IMG/VR virus record: IMGVR_UViG_3300042389_000736
Coordinates: 1 to 64,000 of that record
Source: an uncultured virus (IMG/VR IMGVR_UViG_3300042389_000736)
Lineage: Duplodnaviria > Heunggongvirae > Uroviricota > Caudoviricetes
Length of the DNA stretch: 64,000 nucleotides
Direction: 5' to 3' (one strand)
The notes beneath the pieces were generated by a model, which was not told the origin of the DNA, searched no databases, and saw nothing but the letters and a program-made list of their open reading frames with translations. Shown here piece after piece: positions 36,902 through 45,112 of this stretch. Both the position numbers and the translations under genes were made by a program. How positions within the stretch are numbered: position 1 is the first letter of the stretch; every line of letters starts with the position of its first letter.

Positions 36902-37977
36902 TCAGAAACTGTCTCGGTCTGACCGTTGACGACCTCAAGAACGACCTCTTCGGAAGGCTGGACTCTTGGACGCTGGACTGGCTGCTGGACCAAGAGTGCG
37001 GCGGTGGCGGAGCTGGCGAAGCGGCCCTCGCGAAGTACGACGCCTTCTCCGTCTACACCGCGAAGCAAGGTCTCAATTACCTCAACAACCTCGACAAGAA
37101 CGACGGGTCCGTCAGCGGAGCGGACCCGTTCGGCTTCCTTCGGGACAACATGGGGAACTACCTGAAGGACTTCGGCGACCGGGAGTGCTCTGGGCAGAAC
37201 GTCGCCATAGACGACCTAGTGTCTCAATACAAGCCGGACCCCTACGTCTCGATGTACCCGGACACCCTATCCGACTCCAAGAAGGCGCTGCTCTTGGACC
37301 AGCTGCGAAAGTCTAACTTCAACGCCGCTGTCACCAACGGCCTCAACCCTACAGCAGACAACAACTCGCCGTACATGATCCTCGACGACTCTGAGCGCGG
37401 CGACGACATGATGCTGATAAAGACAGGGAACCTGTTCGGTCCTTCCATTCTCAGCAAGATCCCGGTGTCGGTAATCGAGAATTTCGACCCAGACAAGATG
37501 ATCTACACGAAGTGCTTCAGGACGCTTTTTGCTCTTGAGAACTACTTCGTGCCGGACAATCCGAAGTCGAAGCCCATCGTCACCGAAGGGAAGCTCCGTA
37601 GCATCCGAAGGCTTCACGAAGATGTGATTCTGCCGATCTACCGTTTCTACTACGGAAATGAAGACGACTCCACTTGCAAGCTTCGGATCCACGGCGGGCT
37701 GATGTCTATGGAGACTGCGGTCTCTAGGATGGGGGCGTCTCTGGCGACAAGACACGTCTACGGTCAGTCTGCTAACTTCAGTCTCGTGTCAATCTCGAAC
37801 GACAAGGTGCTCGAAGATCTGAGGTCCGGAGCCATCGGCGTAGACTTCGGCGTGGCGGCTCTGGTGAACGGCATCTACATCACGCTGCCTTACACTTACG
37901 AGAACTACGAGGTTCGGAACGTGATTCTGTCCTCCCCGAACTTCGATTCCGATGATATCCGTGCGCAATTCTTATGA
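36898..37977 (+). CDS. protein with a C-terminal peptidase M15-like domain, apparently degenerate
   Basis: LHEDVILPIY...IHGGLMS......GAS..TRHVYGQSANF resembles M15 L...VL.PIR...ISSGYRS...GGS..SQH..GQAAD. Confidence 0.55.
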   Translation: MIRNCLGLTVDDLKNDLFGRLDSWTLDWLLDQECGGGGAGEAALAKYDAFSVYTAKQGLNYLNNLDKNDGSVSGADPFGFLRDNMGNYLKDFGDRECSGQNVAIDDLVSQYKPDPYVSMYPDTLSDSKKALLLDQLRKSNFNAAVTNGLNPTADNNSPYMILDDSERGDDMMLIKTGNLFGPSILSKIPVSVIENFDPDKMIYTKCFRTLFALENYFVPDNPKSKPIVTEGKLRSIRRLHEDVILPIYRFYYGNEDDSTCKLRIHGGLMSMETAVSRMGASLATRHVYGQSANFSLVSISNDKVLEDLRSGAIGVDFGVAALVNGIYITLPYTYENYEVRNVILSSPNFDSDDIRAQFL

Positions 37978-38056
37978 ATTGGCAAGGAAGTTTCGTGGCT
38001 ACACTCGGGGTAGCCATGCAACACCGGAATAGTCTCATCATCTTAGCGAAACTCCA

Positions 38057-38680
38057 ATGACCACCAACAACATCACCCCGGACGACATTTTGTCGGACGC
38101 GGACAACAGACGTTTGTCCGAGATGATGGCAATCAAGAAGCACGTCTACGCCTTCATCAATAAGAAAGAACTGCTCAAGTTCATCCTCCACATCATCGAC
38201 TCCACCGAAGTGGTGACGTTCGAGCGCAAGCACGACCGCCGCTTCCTGAATCTGATGAACCTCTCGATGGCGCTCCAGCTCGACGTCAAGAAGGCAACCG
38301 AGAAGTACGAGGTCTCCGACCTCAAGGATCCGAAGAAGAACGGCAGCCGAGAAACAACGATGACCGCTCGCGCCAATTTCCTACGCGAGTTGATCGTTGT
38401 ACCGTTCACCGACCTGATGGGCAACATGCTGAGCACCATCATCGACAAGGAGCCGGACGAGGACTACCAGTACTCCGAGTGGATCTTCAACATCCTCCCG
38501 GAGAACTACAAAGAACTTCGCAATTCTGTCAGCAGCTTCATCGAGCTGGAGGACGGAGACAAAGAAAAGATCAAGAACGACCTGAAGTTCATGTACGGCA
38601 TGTGCTCCGCGTTCGTCTTCCCTCCCGAGGAAGTTGACCTCAACGAGGACACCGGCTTCACCCTCGAATTTCTGCTGTAA
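38057..38680 (+). CDS. hypothetical protein (late)
   Basis: 207 aa, late promoter at 38020-38032, terminator at 38684-38725. Confidence 0.7.
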   Translation: MTTNNITPDDILSDADNRRLSEMMAIKKHVYAFINKKELLKFILHIIDSTEVVTFERKHDRRFLNLMNLSMALQLDVKKATEKYEVSDLKDPKKNGSRETTMTARANFLRELIVVPFTDLMGNMLSTIIDKEPDEDYQYSEWIFNILPENYKELRNSVSSFIELEDGDKEKIKNDLKFMYGMCSAFVFPPEEVDLNEDTGFTLEFLL

Positions 38681-38765
38681 AGACATGACGTATGAGACTC
38701 GTTCTCATACGTCATTACTTTTTTTGCAAATATATTATCACCATGTGAGATTCTCGGAGAAATAA

Positions 38766-39137
38766 ATGATACCAATAATGAAGCCGCTTACAGTGATATC
38801 GATGGATATCGAAAGGGAAGAGTCCCCGATCACCTTCATCGACCACTTCGCGTCTGTCGGCGGGTTGCAGCCTGTCTACTCTCGATCTTCTACGACGACG
38901 ATGAAAATCGTGACTCCTTCCTTAGACGATCCGTCCGTTTACCATGCCGATTTTTTCGTTGTGGCGAACCCTCGCCTCCAAAGGCACCCAGTCAGTCTCG
39001 GAAACCCGACCAGCGAGCACGACGAGAAGGTGCAACAACTCAATACTTTCCTGGAGATTCTTCAATTCGCTAGGACAAACCCAGTTGCAAGAGAGAAGTT
39101 GGAGGACCTGTTCAAGCTCCGACAGCTTCTCGGATGA
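38766..39137 (+). CDS. hypothetical protein (early)
   Basis: 123 aa, GGAG RBS, ATATATTAT at 38730-38738. Confidence 0.65.
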   Translation: MIPIMKPLTVISMDIEREESPITFIDHFASVGGLQPVYSRSSTTTMKIVTPSLDDPSVYHADFFVVANPRLQRHPVSLGNPTSEHDEKVQQLNTFLEILQFARTNPVAREKLEDLFKLRQLLG

Positions 39138-39149
39138 TTCGAGGAAAAT

Positions 39150-40301
39150 ATGTCAACTTTCATCTCTATCTCAGACGTCCATCACGGCGCAAAGTCCCAC
39201 GAGAGCATGCGGGAAGAGTTCTACGCCGAGGGTGGATTCTTCGACGTTCTCGATGCCACCCTACCGGAAGAAGATTTCATCGGGGTGGCCGTTACCGGGG
39301 ACTGGTTCGACAAGAAACTGGACATGAACGACCCGAGAGCAAAGCTCGGAGTCTCCGTCATGGTGGATATCCTGAACCGCTGCATCCAGTACGACAAGCA
39401 CCTCGTCGTGATCCGTGGAACCTACTCCCACGACCTCAACCAGCTGAATGTGTTTGAGGAGTTCGGCGCTCTCTACGAGAAGTTCCACCTCGTCAACACG
39501 GTGCGAGAGATCAAGTTCGGTCCTCTGAGAACTCTCTGCATCCCGGAGGAGTACCCGCAAGACAGCGACGAGTACTACGCCGACTGGTTCTCCAAGAAAT
39601 ACGATCTGATACTCGGCCACGGCTTCTTCGATTTCAACTGCTTCGACAGCAACGACGCCGAGCGCAACATCCCGCAGATGCCGGTATTCGAGGCAGACGT
39701 GATCTGCAAGCTGGCACCGCTCACGATCTTCGGCCACGATCATACCCACAAGGACTACAAGAACAAGATCTTCTACAACGGATCTTTCTCTCGGCTCTGC
39801 CACAATGAAGAGACTCCCAAGGGGTTCATCTACGCAGAGTGGGACAGGAAGAACCCGTCAGTACACCTCATGGAGAACGCGCTTGCTCCGAGGTACATCA
39901 CCGTCGTACTCGACGTCATCGTGAAGCGAGCAAAGATTGACGTCAACTTCGAGGAACTGGTGAAGCTCATCGAACGCACCAAGGTAAAAGCAAACGCATA
40001 CGACCTGAAAGTGAAGGTCACGGACTACTTCACCAAAGAGCACAAGGTCACCGTCGAGCTGGTCAAGAACCACTTCTTGAACCAGCCTGGGTATCGGATA
40101 GAATCCGGTCGGCTGAACGTCCTGAGAGATTCGGAAAACGTGATAGAAGACTCCGACGAAGGAGAGGGTGATACTACGTATGACTTCCTCTTCGAGCCCA
40201 CCAATATTGTCGACAAGGTTCTCAAGTTCATCGAAGTGAAGCACGAGGGGCAGTACAACCTGACGCGGGACCAAGTGGCTCAGTCGATTTCACCCGTCTA
40301 A
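39150..40301 (+). CDS. sbcD: SbcD/Mre11-like metallophosphoesterase nuclease
   Basis: ISDVH, GDWFD, GT.SHD, GH, GHDH and YNGS motifs. Confidence 0.85.
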   Translation: MSTFISISDVHHGAKSHESMREEFYAEGGFFDVLDATLPEEDFIGVAVTGDWFDKKLDMNDPRAKLGVSVMVDILNRCIQYDKHLVVIRGTYSHDLNQLNVFEEFGALYEKFHLVNTVREIKFGPLRTLCIPEEYPQDSDEYYADWFSKKYDLILGHGFFDFNCFDSNDAERNIPQMPVFEADVICKLAPLTIFGHDHTHKDYKNKIFYNGSFSRLCHNEETPKGFIYAEWDRKNPSVHLMENALAPRYITVVLDVIVKRAKIDVNFEELVKLIERTKVKANAYDLKVKVTDYFTKEHKVTVELVKNHFLNQPGYRIESGRLNVLRDSENVIEDSDEGEGDTTYDFLFEPTNIVDKVLKFIEVKHEGQYNLTRDQVAQSISPV

Positions 40302-40317
40302 GGACGAAAGGAGTGCA

Positions 40318-41973
40318 ATGAAAAAAAGAGAAAGAAGCGGAAGCAAGAAAGCCTCCAACCGGGTAAAGATGGAGCTGAAGACGTCGCTGATGAAGAATCT
40401 GCTGGCGTACCTGCTCGGAGAGACCAAGTCGAGGAACTTCGTCAAGAAGCTCAACATCTTCTTCCAGCTAGTCGACGAGACGGTGTATCTCAGCGATGCA
40501 GATATGGAGATGCCGTACGCTGCAGTGCGACGCGTTCTGAAGACGATCCTCGAAGACAACGTAGACGACCAAGAACTCATCATGGACCGTCTGCTCTCGA
40601 TGCCGAAGTACGAGGAAGAGATGCCTGACCTGATCGAGGAGATTAGCGGCATCGACATGAACGAGGACCTCGTCGTTTATATCGAGAACGAGTTCATTGA
40701 CCGTCTCAACTACGTCACTGCTATCCCGGTCATATCTCAGCTCAAGCTGGCGATATCTCAGTTTGACAAGCAGGAGTATGAGTCCTATAACGAGATCATC
40801 CAAGAGATCCGTGGCTATACCTCCATCTTCAACAAGGCGGTGAACCTTCGTTCGTCGGCTTCTCTGACTTATCCAGAGATCGACTTCAACAGTGAGCAGT
40901 TCGAAGTTATTCTCGAAAAGGTCTACAAAAACCTCACGAACGAGAAGAAGTACTTGATGACAGGAGTCAAGGAGCTAAACAAGATGCTGCAGGGCGGCTT
41001 CCAACCCGGTCGCGTCTACGTGTTCATGGCTGTGTCTGGCGGTTGGAAGTCTGGCCTGCTGCTGAACGCGTTCATTTGGGCTGCGCGGTACAACCGGAAC
41101 CTCCGGTGCAGGGATCAGGCCAAGAAGCCGATGTTCCTCTATCTGACGCAGGAGAACGATTCCGAAGAGACGCTCGACCGCATGTTCAGCTACATGAACT
41201 GTGTCAAAGACAGCAAGTACACCCCGCTCGACCAGATCAAGGAGGCGTTCATCGAAGAGGGGATCGTGGACCCCGGACACCACGGCTTCAAGATCCACTA
41301 CTTTCGAAAGAACGAGATCTGCGCTAACGACATTGAGAACCTCGTCCACGACATCGAGGCCGACGGAGAGTACGAGGTCAAGTTGATCGTTCACGATTAC
41401 CTGAAGCGTCTGCGTCCGAACGTGGCAGCCAATGACATCCGGGTCGATCTCGGCTCCGCCACGAACGATCTGTCCGAATTGGCGAAGCTGCTGAAGATCC
41501 CGATCGTCACCGCCAACCAGCTCAACAAGGAGGCATACACCGTTCTCATGCAGCAGGGCAACAACGAGAACAAGAATGACCTCGGCAAGAAGGCGTCCCT
41601 GACGATGCAATCGGAGTCTCAGCTCATCACCGAGAACGCCGACTGCGTCATTGCGATCAACAAGGAGTACCAGCGGGCCACCGACAAGTGGTTCCTGACC
41701 TTCACCGATCTCAAGAACCGGGCATCTAAGACCAACCGTTCGTACGCCAACAGGTACTTCGCAATACCCTTCGTAGAGGGGAACTCGATGCGCCTAATGG
41801 AAGATCTGAACACGGATGATAATTACGCCTTGCAATCCATCTCGGATGGTCTGGCGGATTTCGACCCGAACGGCCACAACGACGACACCGAACCGGAAAA
41901 CCGCCCCAAGACTCAGCGCAAGGGGCAGCACAAGAAGGTTCTGGCTGACGACGCATTTGAGGACGAAGACTGA
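40318..41973 (+). CDS. dnaB: DnaB-like replicative helicase
   Basis: TGVKELNKMLQGGFQPGRVY, A.SGGWKS, VHDYL, IPIVTANQLN, ENAD, KNR motifs. Confidence 0.9.
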   Translation: MKKRERSGSKKASNRVKMELKTSLMKNLLAYLLGETKSRNFVKKLNIFFQLVDETVYLSDADMEMPYAAVRRVLKTILEDNVDDQELIMDRLLSMPKYEEEMPDLIEEISGIDMNEDLVVYIENEFIDRLNYVTAIPVISQLKLAISQFDKQEYESYNEIIQEIRGYTSIFNKAVNLRSSASLTYPEIDFNSEQFEVILEKVYKNLTNEKKYLMTGVKELNKMLQGGFQPGRVYVFMAVSGGWKSGLLLNAFIWAARYNRNLRCRDQAKKPMFLYLTQENDSEETLDRMFSYMNCVKDSKYTPLDQIKEAFIEEGIVDPGHHGFKIHYFRKNEICANDIENLVHDIEADGEYEVKLIVHDYLKRLRPNVAANDIRVDLGSATNDLSELAKLLKIPIVTANQLNKEAYTVLMQQGNNENKNDLGKKASLTMQSESQLITENADCVIAINKEYQRATDKWFLTFTDLKNRASKTNRSYANRYFAIPFVEGNSMRLMEDLNTDDNYALQSISDGLADFDPNGHNDDTEPENRPKTQRKGQHKKVLADDAFEDED

Positions 41974-41978
41974 CATCA

Positions 41979-42014
41979 GTCCGGATGGGTAAAACCATCC
42001 GGACTTTTTTTTTT
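41979..42014 (+). terminator. intrinsic terminator
   Basis: AGTCCGGATGG/CCATCCGGACT stem with a long T tract. Confidence 0.85.
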
Positions 42015-42023
42015 GGAGGAATC

Positions 42024-42278
42024 ATGGAATACGTTGCTTCCGTATTCGACAAGCTGGAGAACATCCCGCACGTAGTCCGAGTCCAGTGCGACAGCGAGGA
42101 TCTGACCGATGTCATTCTGGCGGTGTACACCAAGCTGATAGGGCAAGAAGAGCCTCTCACCAAAGGTGAAGTAGAAGCCCAGGAAGACCTCTTCGCAGAC
42201 TACGTGGTGATCTCCATCTTCAGAGAAGCTGGTGAGAACCTGATCCCCGACCTCGAACAAGAAGGAGAAGACGAATGA
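42024..42278 (+). CDS. small acidic hypothetical protein
   Basis: GGAGG RBS before ATG 42024. Confidence 0.65.
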   Translation: MEYVASVFDKLENIPHVVRVQCDSEDLTDVILAVYTKLIGQEEPLTKGEVEAQEDLFADYVVISIFREAGENLIPDLEQEGEDE

Positions 42279-42751
42279 ACTACCAAGAATTCATCAACGA
42301 AGTGAAGAAATTCGAGCTGCTGAAGTACGGCGAGGACATGGAGCACAAGTTCCAGTATCCGGTTGCCATCCGGGCTGCGCCCAGCGTTGAGGCGCTGCTC
42401 GACGCTCTGGAGGAGTACGTCTTCCCCGTCTTCAACCAATTCGACGTGGCGAAGCGCGAACAGTTCGCTCTCCTCAAGCAACTCCTGCAAGAGAACAACT
42501 GCGGATACACCGCAAAGGCACCGTCGTACCTCAACGGATTCGGCACGGGTAGCTCGATCATGAGCAACATGCCAGCGCACATCGTCCGGAACGTCTCGAA
42601 CAACAACGGCTACTCGCAACACTTGCGAGAACCAGTGAACATCGAGTTCGACAACATGTCTTCGAGCAGCAATTCGGTCATGATCAACTGCCCGGAACTC
42701 CAAATGATCATGGTGGATTCCATCGTGATGAACCTCCTGCAATTTGTTTGA
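42275..42751 (+). CDS. hypothetical protein
   Basis: 158 aa, ATGA overlap with the upstream gene. Confidence 0.65.
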   Translation: MNYQEFINEVKKFELLKYGEDMEHKFQYPVAIRAAPSVEALLDALEEYVFPVFNQFDVAKREQFALLKQLLQENNCGYTAKAPSYLNGFGTGSSIMSNMPAHIVRNVSNNNGYSQHLREPVNIEFDNMSSSSNSVMINCPELQMIMVDSIVMNLLQFV

Positions 42752-42792
42752 CAAAGCAACACCAGATTAGCTTATTGATCTGGAAGGTTCTC

Positions 42793-43767
42793 ATGAGTAT
42801 TTCACTGATATCCGCTTTCCTGCTTTTCGCATCGGGCCTCTCGATCACGATAGCAGGGGCGTTCTTCTCCGTGAAGGGCGTAGTCATGCTCATCCCGGAC
42901 CCAGAAATCTACTACGGTCTGCTGGTGTTGGCCATCGCTTTCGAGGGGGCCAAGATCACTGCGTCGACGTTCCTCTTCCACGAGTACCGAGACTCTCAGT
43001 ATCCTACCGCCTTGAAGGTGATCCTCAGCGCGGCAGTCGCTGCTCTTGTCTTGCTTTCTTCCATCGCAACCTACTCCCACCTGAACGCCTCGATATCCAA
43101 GTCGATGAGCACCGTGACTTCCAACAGCGCGGAGCGAACTCGGCTGACCGAGGACCGGGATCAGCTGCAGCAGACCATCCGGAACATAGAAACCCAGATG
43201 AACTCTCTGCCGCCAAACACCGGGGCGAATGCTAGAATCCGAATGATGAAGGCGTTCGAAGGAGAGAAGGCCGAGGCGAAGGCGAGATTGGACTCGGTGT
43301 CCGAGAAGATCCAGCAGCTCGACCAGAAGAACGTGGAAGAGGACAAGTTCCTATTCCTCAATTCCCTCTCTGCCCTGACCGGCCTGAACCGAGACAAGCT
43401 CTACACCGTGATCGTGCTGTCAATCGTCGCTCTGATCGACCCGCTTGCGATCACCTTGATCCTCAGCGGCTCGTTCATCGTGGCGAACATCCGAAAGGAA
43501 AAAGACGTCATCGCCGAGCAGCAGAAAGAGATAGAGATTCTCAAGGAAGAGGAGCAGGCTCTTGAGGAGACTCTGGAGGAAACGACCGAGCAGCTGATCG
43601 AGAGGATCGAGGAATCGATCGAGGAACACGGCGGAAACATCACAAAGGAAGACGTCGAAGCTCTCCTCAAGATCGAGCAGAGTGCCGACTCCATCCCGGC
43701 CCGTTCTCGCAAGAAACTCATCAAGATCCGCGATTTTCTGAAGGGTTCCAATGACAATCCAAAGTAA
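42793..43767 (+). CDS. membrane protein with 3 TM, coiled coil, 1 TM (possible lysis or injection accessory)
   Basis: Hydrophobic segments flank a long coiled coil; late promoter at 42758-42770. Confidence 0.65.
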   Translation: MSISLISAFLLFASGLSITIAGAFFSVKGVVMLIPDPEIYYGLLVLAIAFEGAKITASTFLFHEYRDSQYPTALKVILSAAVAALVLLSSIATYSHLNASISKSMSTVTSNSAERTRLTEDRDQLQQTIRNIETQMNSLPPNTGANARIRMMKAFEGEKAEAKARLDSVSEKIQQLDQKNVEEDKFLFLNSLSALTGLNRDKLYTVIVLSIVALIDPLAITLILSGSFIVANIRKEKDVIAEQQKEIEILKEEEQALEETLEETTEQLIERIEESIEEHGGNITKEDVEALLKIEQSADSIPARSRKKLIKIRDFLKGSNDNPK

Positions 43768-44353
43768 ATTCTACCCGGTAAACCAGCTGGACCAAAGGAA
43801 GACGAACCGCTTCATCGTGCTTTCGCATGTGTCGAACTTCGTCCTGAAGACCCACGCTTTCCCGCCGGACCTCAGAAACAAGACGAACTACCACTGCCTC
43901 CCGGACCTGCGAGAGTACTACCGCGAGAAGGTCGAGATGCGGCAGATGCCGTTCCACTACCACGTCTGCCGACTCAAGGGAGAGTGGGAAGCCTTCGGCA
44001 CAGCCCCGGAGCACTACCGCTCTCCGATCATCGACAAGGCGGCTGAGAACTACTACATCGAGGATAAGTTCAAGGACGCGATCATCATCTGCGTCCAAGA
44101 CAACTTCGCCTTGAACACCCCGGACGAGCGGATGCACCAGCTGATCTCCTCGACGCTGATCGCTCCGATGCTGAAGCAGTTCAGGGTGAACTTCAGGGAC
44201 TCGGTCTTCTGGTGGGACGAGATCTTCAACTGGGACAAGTACCAGTACGACCGGAAGAACAACCCTCTGGACTGGTCTTACCCTTGGGAGGTGAACAGGA
44301 TGCTCTATTTCGATCGAGTCATCTTCAACCTCGAATCCATCAAGTACTTCTGA
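43751..44353 (+). CDS. Amidase_2-like protein, apparently degenerate
   Basis: FIVLSH, PFHYHV, AIIICVQDNF and P.E.M..L..LI pattern of N-acetylmuramoyl-L-alanine amidases. Confidence 0.5.
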   Translation: MTIQSKFYPVNQLDQRKTNRFIVLSHVSNFVLKTHAFPPDLRNKTNYHCLPDLREYYREKVEMRQMPFHYHVCRLKGEWEAFGTAPEHYRSPIIDKAAENYYIEDKFKDAIIICVQDNFALNTPDERMHQLISSTLIAPMLKQFRVNFRDSVFWWDEIFNWDKYQYDRKNNPLDWSYPWEVNRMLYFDRVIFNLESIKYF

Positions 44354-44363
44354 GAGGCTAATT

Positions 44364-44807
44364 ATGGCACTGTCATTCGCCTCCTACGACTCGGCGGAGT
44401 TTCCGACGATCGAGGAGTCCATAGCCAGCTCGAAGACCAACCCCTTTCTGCTGAACAACTTCTCCGACAAGCTCGTTGCGCTTGTCGAGGGCCAGAACAC
44501 GATCGTCTACGAGCCGTACAACGTGCTCCAGTCCTTCGTGTGGATGCTGGATGACTTCCTAGTCACCTATCCGATGCCCCCGGACGAGCACTACATGCCG
44601 GAGAAGACTGCGAAGAGGCTCTACGACTCGCACGACTTCTGGTACATCTGCATGCTGGTCAACAACGTCTCGAACGTCAAGGACTACAGGTTCGAGACGT
44701 ACAAGGTGCTGCCTGCCGAGAGCCTGTACCACGTCGAGACTTTCCTCGACCGAGCCAAGGGCGAGCTGAGAGTCTACACTCCGGAAACGGACACGGTCTT
44801 CAAGTAA
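44364..44807 (+). CDS. baseplate wedge protein (T4 gp53/LysM-like)
   Basis: PEKTAKRLYDSHDFWYICMLVNNV motif. Confidence 0.7.
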   Translation: MALSFASYDSAEFPTIEESIASSKTNPFLLNNFSDKLVALVEGQNTIVYEPYNVLQSFVWMLDDFLVTYPMPPDEHYMPEKTAKRLYDSHDFWYICMLVNNVSNVKDYRFETYKVLPAESLYHVETFLDRAKGELRVYTPETDTVFK

Positions 44808-44844
44808 AAAAAAACGGAACTAGCAAATCGCTAGTTCCGTTTTT
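44806..44844. terminator. bidirectional intrinsic terminator
   Basis: A-tract CGGAACTAGC-AAATC-GCTAGTTCCG T-tract. Confidence 0.88.
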
Positions 44845-44848
44845 ACTG

Positions 44849-45112
44849 TCACTTCTTCCTGTCAGGATAATGCTTGTTGAGGTAAGTCTGTGAGACAACC
44901 CTCAGCGCAATGTACCAGACGATGACTTGCACCAACAGATCCCACCAAGGAGTCATCTCTCCTTCGCCGAAGAACTGGATCAGCAGGTTCAGCATGAAGA
45001 GGACGCCGATCCCGTGCTTCGTCAGGAAGGAAACCGGCATCACCACTTGGAGGACGGGATCTTCCCGCATTCTCTTTAGGACCTGCGGATTGTACTTGGG
45101 CTTACTTCTCAT
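44849..45112 (-). CDS. small membrane protein
   Basis: 87 aa with two hydrophobic segments, AGGAG RBS. Confidence 0.6.
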   Translation of the reverse strand: MRSKPKYNPQVLKRMREDPVLQVVMPVSFLTKHGIGVLFMLNLLIQFFGEGEMTPWWDLLVQVIVWYIALRVVSQTYLNKHYPDRKK

